Below are positions 24,497 to 36,896 of a stretch of 64,000 bases of DNA, in pieces. Numbering within the stretch: the first letter of the stretch is position 1; every line of letters starts with the position of its first letter. The stretch lies in contig NW_027363080.1 of the NCBI RefSeq assembly GCF_046119375.1, positions 992,001 to 1,056,000 of the forward strand, read 5' to 3'. A program made the position numbers and the translations under genes. This stretch comes from Phyllobates terribilis (taxonomy: Eukaryota). Under the pieces are notes generated by a model. That model was not told the origin of the DNA and ran no database searches. It saw only the letters and a list, made by a program, of their open reading frames with translations.

Positions 24497-25869
24497 AAAC
24501 TTTTCGATCAACCTTTTCATTTTAATAAAGACCAAAAAAATGGTCATTTTTGAAATTATAAGCATTAGCAGGTTGTTAGAAACTGAAATCAAACAGTTTT
24601 CAACTCAAAACTTTATTCTAGGTGATGTTACATTTTCACATAGGACCCCTTGTTCGAAAGGAGCTTCTGAACTCTCTCGTCCATTGAATTTGTCAGGTTT
24701 TGGATGGTTTCTGCTTCAATTGTTTTGCATGAGGACAGAATACCCTCCCAGAGCTGTTGCTTAGATGTGAACTGCCTCCCGCCATCATAGACACTCCTTT
24801 TAATGATGCTCCAAAGGTTCTGAATGGGGTAGAGGTCAGGGGAGCATGGGGGTCACACCATAAGTTTGTCCCCTTTTATGCCCATATCAGCCAGAGATGC
24901 AGATGTTTTATGTGCAGCATGAGATGGTGCATTATCATGCAGAAAAATGATCTTGCTGTGAAATACACGGTTCTTCTTCTTGAACCATGGCAGGAAGTGC
25001 TGTTTGAGAAAATCCACATACATTATGGAGTTCATCTTTAGCGCCTTCAGGGATCCTAAAGGGGCCGACAATCTCTCTCCCCATGATTCCAGCCCAAAAC
25101 ATTACTCCACCTCCTCCTTGTTGGCGCTGTAGCCGTGTTTGCGTGGGGTGTCCATCAACCAGCCATCCTCCACTCCATCCATCTGGACCATCGAGCGCTG
25201 CACGGCACTCATCCGTGAACAAAACAGTTTTGAAATCAGTCTTCATGTAATGTTTGGCCCACTGGAGCCGTTTCTGCTTGTGTGAAGTGGATAGAGGAGG
25301 TCGACAGGATGGCGCATGCACAGCTGCAAACCTCTGAAGGACCCTGCATCTTGTTGTTCGGGGGACGTTGGAGGCACAAGCAGCTTCAAAAACTTGTCTG
25401 CTGCTATGACAAGGCTTTTTTGCCGCTGCTCTTTCAACCTGACGTAATTGCCTGTAGGAAAGAGTCCTCAATTTGCCCTTATCAGCACGCACACGTGTGT
25501 ACTGTGAATCAGCTACATACTTCTTGATTGCCAAGACACTTCATCCTGATCATCGCACAATGTTGATTGTAGTCATGCCTTGACCTAAACACTCCACAAT
25601 TTGTTGCTTCTCAGCAGCCGACACATCCTTTTTCTTTCCCATTTTGGCAGAAAATGTAGGCTGCTTAATAATGTGAGAGAGCCTTCTTAAGTAGTCTTGC
25701 CTTTCATTGGACACACCTGCCAAACTAATTAGCACAGGTGTCTGCAATTGCTTACAGTGATATAAAGAGCCCTGACACACATCACCATCAATGAGTTTAA
25801 CTGACAAACAAACAAATTCTTCCCTTATCACTCCTAAACACTTTTTGTATAATAATTTGGAACGCAGTG
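24497..25869 (-). mobile_element. Tc1-like element, decayed, one end lost
   Basis: Transposase pieces MGKKKDVSAAEK..., LFTDECRA, FLHDNAPSH. Terminus ...GGAACGCAGTG followed by TA at 25870. Confidence 0.85.
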
Positions 25870-25940
25870 TACATGTGCTTTTCCACAAAACACCAGTGGT
25901 TCACGTAGTGAATCTTACAGTTCTAACTTGCCAACCGTGG

Positions 25941-27765
25941 TCTGTATGGAGTTGTTCAATAAAGGGCCCAAAATTAAGATAACATAGATGGGAGAGGTCT
26001 CTATGAATAGGAATTCCTAAGTATTTGATACCCTGTGAGGGCCAGGCCAAGGGAAAGTTGGACTGGATGGAATCCTATATGGATTTGGGGAGGGAGACAT
26101 CGAGGGCCTCAGACTTCGCTGCATTGATTTTAAAATTTTACCATGTAACAAAGTGATCTATTTCAGCCATAACAGCATGGATGGATATATGTGATTGAGT
26201 GATATATACTAGGACATCATCAGCAAATAGAGAGCACTTGTACTCGGTGCCTCCCACCTCAATCCACCTAATATTGGGGTTATGGCGAATTGATGAGAGC
26301 AGGTGCTCCGTCACTAGGATGTATAAGAGAGGGGACAGAGGACATCACTGCCTTGTCCCATTGGTGATTGTGAAAGGTGATGAAAATGTTCTGACGCACC
26401 CCCTGGGCCTTGGGACACCCGGAGCCGGACCCTTTTTGGTGGATGCTGGTGGTTGTAGTCTTCGTGGCGGCGACCCAGTTCCGTGGCTCAGGGCGGTCAA
26501 ACCAGTGGCGGAACTATTTATGTGGTTTTCATGTTTAAATGTCCGACTACGCCACCCGTGGATTGCGGTCAGAGTGAACCGCCGCTACAGGGCAGACCAC
26601 TGAGGCTGGTGTTGTGGGTGCAGCAGAGCGTAGCATAACTCCCCACGGGAGGAGTATAGCCTCAGGGCAGTGTATGCGGAGGATGGGGGTGATGGTGCAG
26701 GGCAGCAGCAGTAACGACACGGAGTCAGTGATGCAGTTCAGGGCCTTTACTCACAGTTCTTATTATCCAGACCACGTCTGCAGGTAACGGCTGCCCACGT
26801 CGTACTGTGCTCACCAGGTGAGGGGCTCAGACAACTCCCAGATAACTTTGGAGCACTTCACAGGACCCCCTTTGTGTGTCCTTTGTCTGGCCTTTCTTAC
26901 CAACACTTCTGTCCGGCTGCCTCGGGCCTCCTCTTGGTAAACTTGGCGCCAGTTTCCCTGACCCTATGTGGTGCCTTCCTAGCGGGTGTAGCGAGGGGCT
27001 GCGCCACATAAAATGTCAGAGCCTCCGGTTTCTAGCTGAGGGTCGTTTCCTGCCTCCACTAGTTCGGGGACCGGTCTCCCCCTTTGGCCTGACCCCTCCA
27101 CGCAGGTGGATTCGGGCGTGCGGTGGCGACTCGCCCGTCCGCACCCCTGGGATCCCTTCATTCCTCGTTCCTGGAGCCTTCTCCGCTCCTCTTCCTTCCT
27201 TCTCCCTCTTCCAGGCCTGGGCCTCTGTTACTAGGCCCGCCTCCGGAGCAGAGCTCATGCAGAGCCCCTGCTCCCTGCCACTTCTGCTCAGACTTCTCTG
27301 CACTGAACTAAGATGGTGCCCACCTTTTATACTCCCTTCTCAATGCACCCAGGAACTGCTTCCTCCCTGCTCCTGCACTACAGGGTTCCCCTTCCTCAGT
27401 GTTCCCTCCCCCCACTCCAGCCAGGGACAGGGACTGTCGTGCCCATCTCAGGGGCATATTGGTCGCCCTGCCCCACGGCAATGTGGTGTAATGCATGCAG
27501 GTGTCGGGTCCTGATCCACACTCCATCCTTACCTGAGAGTGAGATATCACACCTCTGGGTGAGGTGCAATACGTCTGTAGCAACCGAGCCCTCAGGGTGC
27601 TACAGTTCCATTTATCTTCAGCCTAGGTGACGTATTGCGATACAGGGCCGTGATTTTGGCTATAAAAGGGTCCCCTAGACCCCTACCCCAAGCTTTTTAA
27701 GAGAATCATATATGGCGTGCCAGGAGACTCTATGGAATGCTTTCTCAGCATCCAACGAGAGTATC
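25941..27765 (-). pseudogene. L1-clade LINE reverse-transcriptase fragment (~610 bp), split by the solo LTR at 26392-27604
   Basis: Minus strand reads SLDAEKAFHRVSW...KINGT|FSSPF...GTRQ*CPLSPLLY...LFADD...IKYLGI, and is continuous across the LTR TSD. Confidence 0.85.
26392..27604 (-). mobile_element. Solo LTR, 1213 bp
   Basis: Minus strand TGTAGC...GCGTCA. TSD GTTC at 26388-26391 and 27605-27608. Same family as 48265-49473. Confidence 0.92.
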
Positions 27766-27869
27766 TAATTACAAATTTTTAACTGCATCTAGCCCAGGAA
27801 ATACTTTGTGCCTAGTAGCAGTGTCTGCTAGTGAGCGGATTATCCCGGCTGTTAAGCAAGCTGCACCAC

Positions 27870-28142
27870 CTGTAGTTTAGACACTTAATTTTTTCAAAGG
27901 AAATGCTTCGGGACCATGGGATACTTAGTGAAGAGCATCAGGAGGCACCCCAAGGCATAGGGGCTGGGACTGGCAGTAGGATGCCTTGCGGTGGACAGCC
28001 GAGCTCGATCCTTATAAAAGCTTTTTAACTGCAGCAGCTTTAGTGGACGCTACTGGAGCTGGAATTACCGCGGCTGCTGGCATGAGACTTGCCCTCCAAT
28101 AGATCCTTGTAAATGGATTTAAAGTGTATTCATTCAAATTAG
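27870..28142 (-). pseudogene. Degenerate 18S rRNA fragment (helix 18 region and adjacent expansion segment)
   Basis: Exact CCAGCAGCCGCGGTAATTCCAGCTCCA (28054-28080, minus). The flanks align by eye with vertebrate 18S (e.g. GCTTTTTAACTGCAGCA, AATTTTTTCAAAG, AAGAGCATC). Confidence 0.88.
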
Positions 28143-28604
28143 AGAGACAATTTAAATTAAAAAGCTTAGAGCTGCCTCCACCACAGGGGGGCTCGCTCGA
28201 CCCACCAGCGGACAGGCACCAGTATTGGGAGAGGGGGGCTGGCCGTCAGGGTTCACCGCGGCTCTGGCACAAACCCGGCGACACGGAGGTGGCACGGGCA
28301 GGAGCGGACTGGCCGTGTCGGCTTCTCACTTTTTGGATTTTAGAAGGGCATGACATGCCTATATCTGTGTCTCCCCCTCCTTTTACTCCTCCACCTCTTT
28401 TATTTTCGCATGACTATATGTACTTGTCACTTTTCCATGTGTTAGTTATGTCTTCTGAGCAGTTTGTCAGCTTTTGGACACCTTTGAAGGTGTTTTCTAT
28501 GTGTTTCTATGTGTTTTTGTTTGCCTGCCATTGGTTTTAACGGTGTTCGAAGGTGTTCGACGAACCGAACCGAACTCGAACACTACGGGGGTGGCTCAAC
28601 ACTA

Positions 28605-29520
28605 TCAGCGAGTTACTCAAACTGTTTTTTTTTAAGTAAAAAAGGCAAAAAAGTGGATAATACAGAGATTTGAACCATGGAACTGCAAAGCCACAGTTCT
28701 AATTTCCTGGCGTATACCAGAATTTTTAAAATAGATATATTTGTGTCTGAACAGTCAGCAAGACACTCAAAATGTTTTTTTATGTCAAAAAGGCAAAAAA
28801 GTGGATAATACAGAGATTTGAACCGTGGAACTGCAAAACCACAGTTCTAATTTCCTGTTGTATACCAGACTTTTTAATATAGATATATTTGTGTCTGAAC
28901 AGTCAGCGAGACCCTCAAACTGTTTTTTTTTATGGAAAAAAGGCAAAAAGGTGGATAACACCCAGATTTGAACCGTGGAAGAGGAAAACCACAGTTCTAA
29001 TTTCCTGGCGTATACCAGAATCTTTTAAACAGATATATTTGTGTCTGAACAGTCAGCGAGACACTCAAACTGTTTTTTTTTATGTAAAAAAGGCAAAAAA
29101 GTGGATAATACAGAGATTTGAACCGTGGAACTGCAAAACCACAGTTCTAATTTCCTGGCGTATACAAGACTTTTTAAAATAGATATATTTGTGTCTGAAC
29201 AGTCAGCGAGACACTCAAACTGTTTTTTTATTTAATGGAAAAAAGGCAAAGAGGTGGATAACACCCAGATTTGAACTGTGGAAAAGGAAAGCCACAGTTC
29301 TATTTCTCTGGCCTACACCAGAATCTTTTAAACAGATATATTTCTGTCTGAACAGTCAGCGAGTCACTCAAACTGTTTTTTTTTTAAGTAAAAAAGGCAA
29401 AAAAGTGGATAATACAGAGATTTGAACCGTGGAACTGCAAAACCACAGTTCTAATTATCTGGCCTACACCAGACTCTTTTAAACAGATATATTTGTGTCT
29501 GAACACTCACAGACACACTC
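28605..29520. repeat. ~150-bp tandem array in the hAT-b 5' arm, ~6 copies, plus the unit left of 18593
   Basis: TTGTGTCTGAACAGTCAGC recurs at about 28741, 28889, 29039 and 29189, with variants at ~29343 and ~29493. Confidence 0.9.
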
Positions 29521-30177
29521 AACTTTTTTTTTTTGGGGGGGGGGGGGGATACCAAAAGGTTAATAAGATGGGTATTTGTACAGTCTGACTGAGGGAAAAA
29601 AAAAAAAGAGGATTTAGATGAAAAAAAAAGGATTTTTCCTGGCCCCTGAGACCTGGAGCTAAGTCTAGCAATTTGACCAGAAGCAGCACACAGGACTGTA
29701 ATGCAGTGTTTGTTGGTATAACCACTGCGTCTCCTATACAGCCTGCCTGCCTGCCTGATATCTGGGATGGATATTAGTCCTCACAAGGACTGTTTGTTTG
29801 TACTTGCAGGCTTTAGAGACCCTACACTAAGTATTTTGCAGTATAAATCTCTCCCTAGCTCAGCAGCACTGTCCCTACACTGTTTGATCCGGAGCTACTG
29901 TGTCCAACATGGCGACGCCCGGTTTTAAATACTTGAGGTGACGCTGTGCGGCCAGCCAATCACTGTAATGCCCACAACCAACATGGCTGCGGCATTACAG
30001 TGACTGGCTGGCAATCCCTGCATGTTCATTGGCTCTGTAAAGAGCGCCAAACATGCAGGGCGGAGACCCGAGCTCCTGCCCGAGTAACCCGAAAATGCAC
30101 AGTGCTCGCCAAACATCCCGAGTAGTGAGATGCTCGGGCGAGCACCGAGCAGTGTCGAGCATGCTCTCTCAACACTA

Positions 30178-31155
30178 GTCTCCATCTATTGGGTTGACTG
30201 TAGAGGAACTGATTTTGGCCTCCTTTGCAATACTTATACTCTAGTGAAATTGATGCCACTTTGGTGGTGTTTGTTACGCCCTCATTTAGGGCAATGAAAA
30301 CACTCCTGGTTAAGTTATCCATCTCTTGGGTTGTCTGTACAGGAAGAGATGTGGGTCTCATTTACACTATTTCTACTGTAGTGAAATTGATTACACTTTG
30401 CTGGTGTCTGCCACTAATTTTTGAAAATGTGGGGAATCCTGAATGTGTCTCCATCCATTGGGTTGACTGTAGTGGAAGAGGTTTGGTCTCCATGCATTTC
30501 TATAGTTATACTGTAGTGAAATTGAGCATTTGGTGCAGATATTATTCTCCCCAAATGGGTACGCAAACGTAATAAACTCTAAATTGATTTTCAATAAACA
30601 ACCATCAGCTGCCCCATCAAACACCTCTGCTGCTTCTTCCTCCTCCTCTGTTACCGTGCCAAGTGGTGTCAAGCAGGTTCCCGACAGAACCAGCAGTATA
30701 CCCGCGGCAGTTAGGCTGAGTGACAACCCGTCAGCTGTAAGTGAAGCGGACATGCCTGCTGTGTTTGTTTCTCCGAGCACACCACACGTTTCTCCATCCA
30801 CCATCATATCTTCGCCTGCACCTCACTCACAGTCTATCGGTTTGTCCGTTTCACCGTACTCTGCCCTCTCTGAGAACTGCAGCCAGCCCTCGATCCCGTT
30901 GTTGTGGTCACCTAAAAGATTGTTTCATCCTACACATGAAAAAGCTAAGAGGTTGAACTCCACCATCTCCAAACTTATGGCCACGGAAATGGTGGTCTTA
31001 GGCCCTATTTTTTTTAAATGTAAACACTCTGATTGAGTTTGCATCTCCTGGGTTGGCTGTAGTGGGACAGGCATGGGTCTGTGTTAAACTACTTGTAGTC
31101 TGATGACATTGATGACACTTCGGGGGTGTTAGGCCCTCATTTAGGGCAATGTGAA
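30178..31155 (+). mobile_element. hAT-a 3' arm continuation, with an internal transposase duplicate at ~30597-31000
   Basis: Same repeat unit as 11620-11900. 30597-31000 is homologous to 9000-9400. Confidence 0.8.
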
Positions 31156-32257
31156 TGACACGCCCAGGGTGTTGAGGATGACTCGGCGCCCGGGCCTTGT
31201 TGTTAGATTTGGGGGATGTCGCGGTGGCCGGCTCCCGGGCCTGTACCCTGGGGTCACTCTTTAAAAGGCAAGGAAAAGTGGGGGAAAGTTATATGGGAAA
31301 GGGGAAATTGTTTGTGACGCCACCTGTGGTGTCTGGTGAGGATCACCAGCGCTGCTACAGTCCTCTGAGGCCGGTGATCAGGCAGCTTAGTTGGTGCGGC
31401 TCCCCACAGGTGGAGCAGAGCCTCAGGGCAGCGTAGGAGAAGGGATGCAGGACAGAGGGGACCCAGCCGGGTCGGAGGAAGAATAGGCACACTCACAACA
31501 GTTCACTTCAGTACCTTTACTGGTGGTGTTTCAGGCACGATCCAGGGCACTGTAGGGTGAAGGGTGCATATCGGGACTCTACCCAGTGAGCGGGCGTGGA
31601 GCCTCCTGATTCTTGCCTTTTCCTGGTAAGTTTATGACCTGCCTGGAGCTAGGCCTAACTTGGTCTCTGTCTTGCACCAGCTGACCTGGTGGTAGGGCCT
31701 TCTGTTGGAGATCACACTCCCTGGTTTCTTGGGCCTCAGTGACTCCTGACCCTGGTATAACGGTCAGCTTTTGGTGTTCCTGGGACATATAGTTCGCCAG
31801 GGGTTCCGGTAGTTTCTGCTGGGCCTAAGGAATCCCTGCAGACGCGGACCCGGTGTCCGATATATATTCTTGGGGTGAGCTGGCTAAGCTCCTCTGCCCC
31901 CTATGTAGCTCGCTACTCCACTTGCCTTCGGCCGCTCGGGGCCCTCACTAGGCTTCACACTGGCAGTAGGCCTTGCTACTCTTCACCGCTCTTACGGCGT
32001 CGGCACGCCTTAGGCTCACTAACCTGAGCTCCCTGACTCTGGGCTAGACTGACTTTCTCACAGACTTCACTCTCTGTGGACTCAAGACTGACTAACTGCC
32101 TAGCTCCACCTTCCCTTTTTATATCCCTATCCGGGCTCCCTCTGGTGGTCTGAGGTGGAAGGTGGAGGTGTGTGAATGCAATGAGGGCCTCTTGTGGAGG
32201 AATCCGTCCATGCGCCCCTCTAGGATCTGTGGCACCAATGCACAGCAGGGCGCCACA
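31156..32257 (-). repeat. 3' LTR, 1102 bp, preceded by PPT TAGGGGGGAA
   Basis: Minus strand TGTGGCG...GTGTCA. Plus strand TTCCCCCCTA at 32258-32267. Confidence 0.93.
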
Positions 32258-32834
32258 TTCCCCCCTAGCAAAGCTCAGTACTCCCGGACTGAAGTACTTT
32301 TTTTATGACAACAATAACGATAACTCTTCCCTTTATGGGAGGCACTTTACTTAAACGTTACATATAAAACATTATAAATAATAAATAGATATGTACAGTT
32401 CAATAAGCAACCCCAGAATTCAAGTCTCTTCCGGTGAGGTTCCCGACAGGATGTCCATCTCACAGGGTAGAGTACTTGGTAGCTTGAGGGACCTGTCCAA
32501 AGCAAACCCTCCACGTAGGCCCTGGGGTCGCTGCAGGGCATGACAATCCTGAGTTGTACCTCCGCTTGTGCCACACCAGACAGGTTTTTTTTCTGAGGTC
32601 ACCTAAAGGGGCACTCCAGTGCAATTATTTACAGCAACAGTTTTTGGGCTGCACATAGTCCTCAGCCACAAAGTTCTTTATGTACCCTGACGGGTAACTA
32701 GAGATAACAAGGGAAGTGTCCATTTCACTTAAATTGTCCATTATAAGGCAAAACACAAGCTGATAAGTACATATACATGAAAATACACAATATGATACCC
32801 CAAGGGCAATTATTTACACTGTCAGTTTCCTTCT

Positions 32835-35800
32835 TTACTCTCTGTATCTGACAGGGGTCTGACCTCGTGTGCTACGCGTCGACCTACGTGGTAGTGGGAT
32901 GCGTGAGGCACTAGTATTTGCACTACCTCCCATTCTGTCAGTTCTAATTGTTGGGGAGCTGCAGGGTTGCCTTAACCTCTCTACAGGACTGGCAAGTATA
33001 CCATTGGCTGGGCCTTCTTGCTCTGCTCCAACCGGGGATCCTTCTTCTGGGGATTCTTCTTGAGCAGGCTCTTCTGAAGCACTTACAGGCTCTCCTTGCT
33101 GTGGAGGGTCTTCTGGCTGTTGAAAGAAGTGGATCACAGGGATTATTACTGCTCCTCCTAGTTGAGGCCAATCTGCCGGGAAATCTCCTAAGTCAGTATG
33201 GAGTATTGCTTCTTTAGGTTCCTCCGGTACGGTGAGAGGCACTTCTTCTTGGGGCTTTAGCAGGTCTGGACACAACTTCAGATGGTCTCTAGATACCGTT
33301 GCAGTCGTTCTTCCTCCGTCTCTACTAATTAGGCATGTCTTCCTATTATCAAATCTTGAATTTAACACAGTGTAGGGTTCTCTCTCCCACTGGTCATCAA
33401 GTTTGTGGTTTCTCCTTTTCCTTTTTAACACCACTTCTCCTGGTGTGAAGGGTTCTGCGGGCGCACTTTTATTGTAGTGGGCTTCCTGCTTGTCCCTTAC
33501 CCGAGTGAGACTGTCTTCAACACAGGCCTGTACTCTCCTGTACTGCTCCTGTCTAGTCATGTCCCAGTCCTCAGTAGACATATCTGCTTCTGGTTCTACT
33601 ACACCAAGCTCCAGATCCATGGGCAACTTCCCGGGTCCTGTTCGCATGAGATAAGCTGGAGTACAATTGGTGGAACTCACAGGTATGTGGTTGTACAGAT
33701 CTACCATGTCTGGTAGTAGGTCTGGCCACTGATTTCTCTCCTCTAGTGGTAAGGTCTTCAGCAGGTCGATGATGATGTTATTCATCTTTTCACAGAGACC
33801 GTTGGTTTGGGGGTGGTACACCCGTACAGATGGCAGAACTCCTTGAACAATTCGGCTTCAAAGATTGGGCCTTGATCCGACAGCACCTGCTCCGGGTATC
33901 CATGGGGCCTGCAGAAGTACGCCTGAAACGTCTTCGCCGCAGTTTCTGCCGTCAGATCCTTGACGGGGTCGACCACCAGGAACCGAGAGTAGTGATCCAC
34001 CATGGTCAGGGCATAAGAATATCCTGACCTGCTGGGTGACAGCTTGACATGATTCAGGGCCACAATCTCCAAAGGTCGAGTTGTCTTGATGGGTTGCAGG
34101 GGTGCCTTCTGGCTGCTGTAGTCTCTTCTTCTGAGGCTACAGGGTACACAATTCCGGCACCACCTCTCGATGGAACTGCACATTCCTACCCAATAAAACC
34201 GACACTTCAGCAGGGTTTCTAGCTTCTTCCAGCCAAAGTGCCCCGCCTGATCGTGGTAGGCCTCCAACACCATCTGGATGTCTGTCTTGGGCACCACTAT
34301 CTGCCATATCATCTCATGGGTTTTGGAGTTGACGTACCTCCGGCACAGCTTCTCTCTATAGATGAACAGCCGGCTCTTCTCCCTCCACAGCTGCTTGGCT
34401 TGGAGAGACGCTTCCTTCTCCAGGGAGGAACTTTCCTGGGTTATCAGTTCTTTGATACGGCTGACAACCGGGTCGCTGTCCTGGGTCTCCTTCCAGCTGT
34501 GGTGAGGCAGGGGATTTAATGTCTTACCGCGAGGCCTCCTGGAGGCTCGTTGCTCGTGGACCATCCCATTCTGATGAAAGGCAGGTAGTTCAATCTCCTC
34601 CAGGTCATCCACTTCTTCTTCAGTGTCCGACTGGTGAGGCATCCTGGACAGGGCATCGGCGTTGGCGTTCTTGCAGCCCGCCCGGTACTTAATAGTGAAT
34701 TGGTAGTTTGACAGCCGAGCCATCCACCGCTGCTCCATGGCTCCTAACTTGGCTGTTTCTAGATGAGTCAAGGGGTTGTCATCAGTGAAGGCAGTGAATT
34801 TACTGGAGGCCTGGTAGTGCTTGAACCGCTCGGTGATGGCCCAGACCAACTTGAAGCTGCTATAGTTCTCCGGGTTCCTCTCGGTCGGGCGGAGCTTCCT
34901 GCTTGCATAGGTAATCACCCTCTCTCGGCCTCTCTCTACTTCTGACTCAGTACAGCTCCTAATCCTTCGTTGCTGGCATCAGTGTACAGCAGGAACGGTT
35001 GGCTGTAGTCAGGGTAGGCTAGGATCTCTTCGCCGGTCAGGATCTCCTTCATCACATTAAAGGATTCAGCCTGCTCCTTACCCCACTGGAACGGGGGATT
35101 TCTGCCTCTGGGGGACTGTCCTACTAGGAGGTCTTGCAGAGGTGCCGCTTTCTTGGTATAGTCCTTCACAAACCTCCGGTAGTACCCAACTAGTCCCAGG
35201 AACTGACGTACCTCCTTGAGGCTCTTCGGCTCCGGCCATTTCTGGATGGCAGTGACCTTCTATGGGTCTGGTGCTAGTCCCTCAGGACTAACGATGTGCC
35301 CCAGGTATTGTACCTTTCGCTTGAGCAGGTGGCACTTTGAGGGCTTCAGCTTCATCCCATACCGGGACAGCGACTCAAATACCTCCGCCAGGTGCTTCAA
35401 GTGGTCCTCATACGTTTTGGAGTACACGATTACATCATCCAGGTATAGTAGTACAGTCTCGAAGTTGCGGTGTCCCAGGCAGCACTCCATCAATCTCTGA
35501 AACGTTCCGGGGGCGTTGCAGACTCCAAACAGCATACTATTGAACTCCCAGAGTCCCATCGGGGTGGTGAAGGCCGTCTTCTCCCGAACCTCCTCAGCAA
35601 CAGCTACTTGCCAGTACCCGCTAGTGAGGTCAAGGGTGGAGAAGTAATTTGCAGACTTCAAGGCAGCCAGTGATTCCTCTATACGTGGTAAAGGGTATGC
35701 ATCTTTATGTGTAATGTGATTTACTTGTCTGTAATCTACACACATTCTCATGCTTCCGTCCTTTTTCCTGACTAGAACTAGGGGAGCTGCCCAGGGACTA

Positions 35801-36830
35801 CAACTATCCCTTACTACCCCTGCCTTCTTCATGTCGTGCAACATCTCCTTCGCCTTCTGGTAGTGTGCTGGTGGTATAGGCCTGTAACGTTCTTTGATGG
35901 GTGGATGGTCACCTGTGGGGATATGGTTTCAACCCCCTTAATCCTCCCAAAGTCAAGTGGGTGCTTATTGAATACCTGCTCGTATTCCTGAACCACCCGG
36001 TGTACACCCTGCTTCTGATGGGCAGGAGTGGTGTCTGTCCCAACATGGAGCTGTTGACACCAATTCTCCACCTGGGTTCCCGGGTCATTATCCTCCACTT
36101 CGTCTGGTGAGGTTAAGGACTCCGCCTTGTGTATGGAGTTGTTATTTACTGTGTACAGTTTGGCAACAGTGGCGTAGCGTGGTAATCTAACCTCGTCCTC
36201 CCCATAGTTTATTAGGCGTATGAGCACCCTCCCATTGCGTACATCCACTACCCCTCTGGCAGTCAAGAGTGTAGGCCTATGCTCCGAGGTAAGGGGCTCT
36301 ACTACCGCCTGGTAGCTCCGTCCTTTGAGACCTATTGCTGCTCTACACCAAATCAGCATTTCACTCATCGGGGGAATCACAATGGGTACCGGGTCTGTCA
36401 CCCGTACATTACCAATTTCACCGCCTGTTAGCTTTACCTGTTGCTGGTACATAAGGGCTCGGATCTCTTTCTGGAGCGCCCTTCTCTGCCCTGGTCTGGC
36501 AGTGTCAGCTATCTGTTGGAGCAAGAACAACACTTCTCCCAAACAGTTACTAACAACATTTATGCCAAGTACCATATACAAGTCTGTATCATCAGGATTA
36601 GTCTCTACTACAATTAGTCCCTGGTCCTTCAGTTCCACTCTTCCCACCTTTACTGCCACACCCTTAACCCCGACTAGGTTAAGAGGGAGGCCGTTTGAGG
36701 CATAGACGAAAAGATTTGGATCTGGTGGGTGAAGTTCGTCTATGAACCAGAACCTTTTGTAGAGGACATCAGGCATGATGGTTACCTGAGATCCTGTGTC
36801 CAGCAGAGCCGGGTGTCGCGATGCTGTCCA
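32835..36830 (-). pseudogene. Gypsy pol: protease, RT, RNase H, integrase (frameshifted)
   Basis: DTGSQVT, WAAPLVLVRKKDG...CVDYR, LDLTSGYWQ, YLDD, LYTDAS, HDQAGH...C..C, YHPQTNGLCE. Confidence 0.93.
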
Positions 36831-36896
36831 GCACGATGGACAGGAAAGGTCTTCCTCCCACGAACCTGCGGTACCAGTTTGATGGGCCTGGGGGGT

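Larger units (their letters stand above)
18593..28604 (+). mobile_element. hAT-c DNA transposon, complete ends, 10012 bp
   Basis: TIRs TAGAGATGAGC and GCTCAACACTA (2 mismatches in 11). Perfect 8-bp TSD TCAGCGAG at 18585-18592 and 28605-28612. Confidence 0.95.
11960..30177 (-). mobile_element. hAT-b DNA transposon (~8.2 kb without the nested hAT-c), inserted in the 3' array of hAT-a
   Basis: Right terminus ...CTCTCAACACTA at 30177, followed by GTCTCCAT of the hAT-a repeat. CGAGC-rich subterminal motifs at both ends. The left TIR is missing. Confidence 0.8.

Noticed and set aside
27870-28142. Functional 18S rRNA gene
   Set aside because: Only ~270 bp, diverged, with no flanking rDNA. Treated as a captured fragment.
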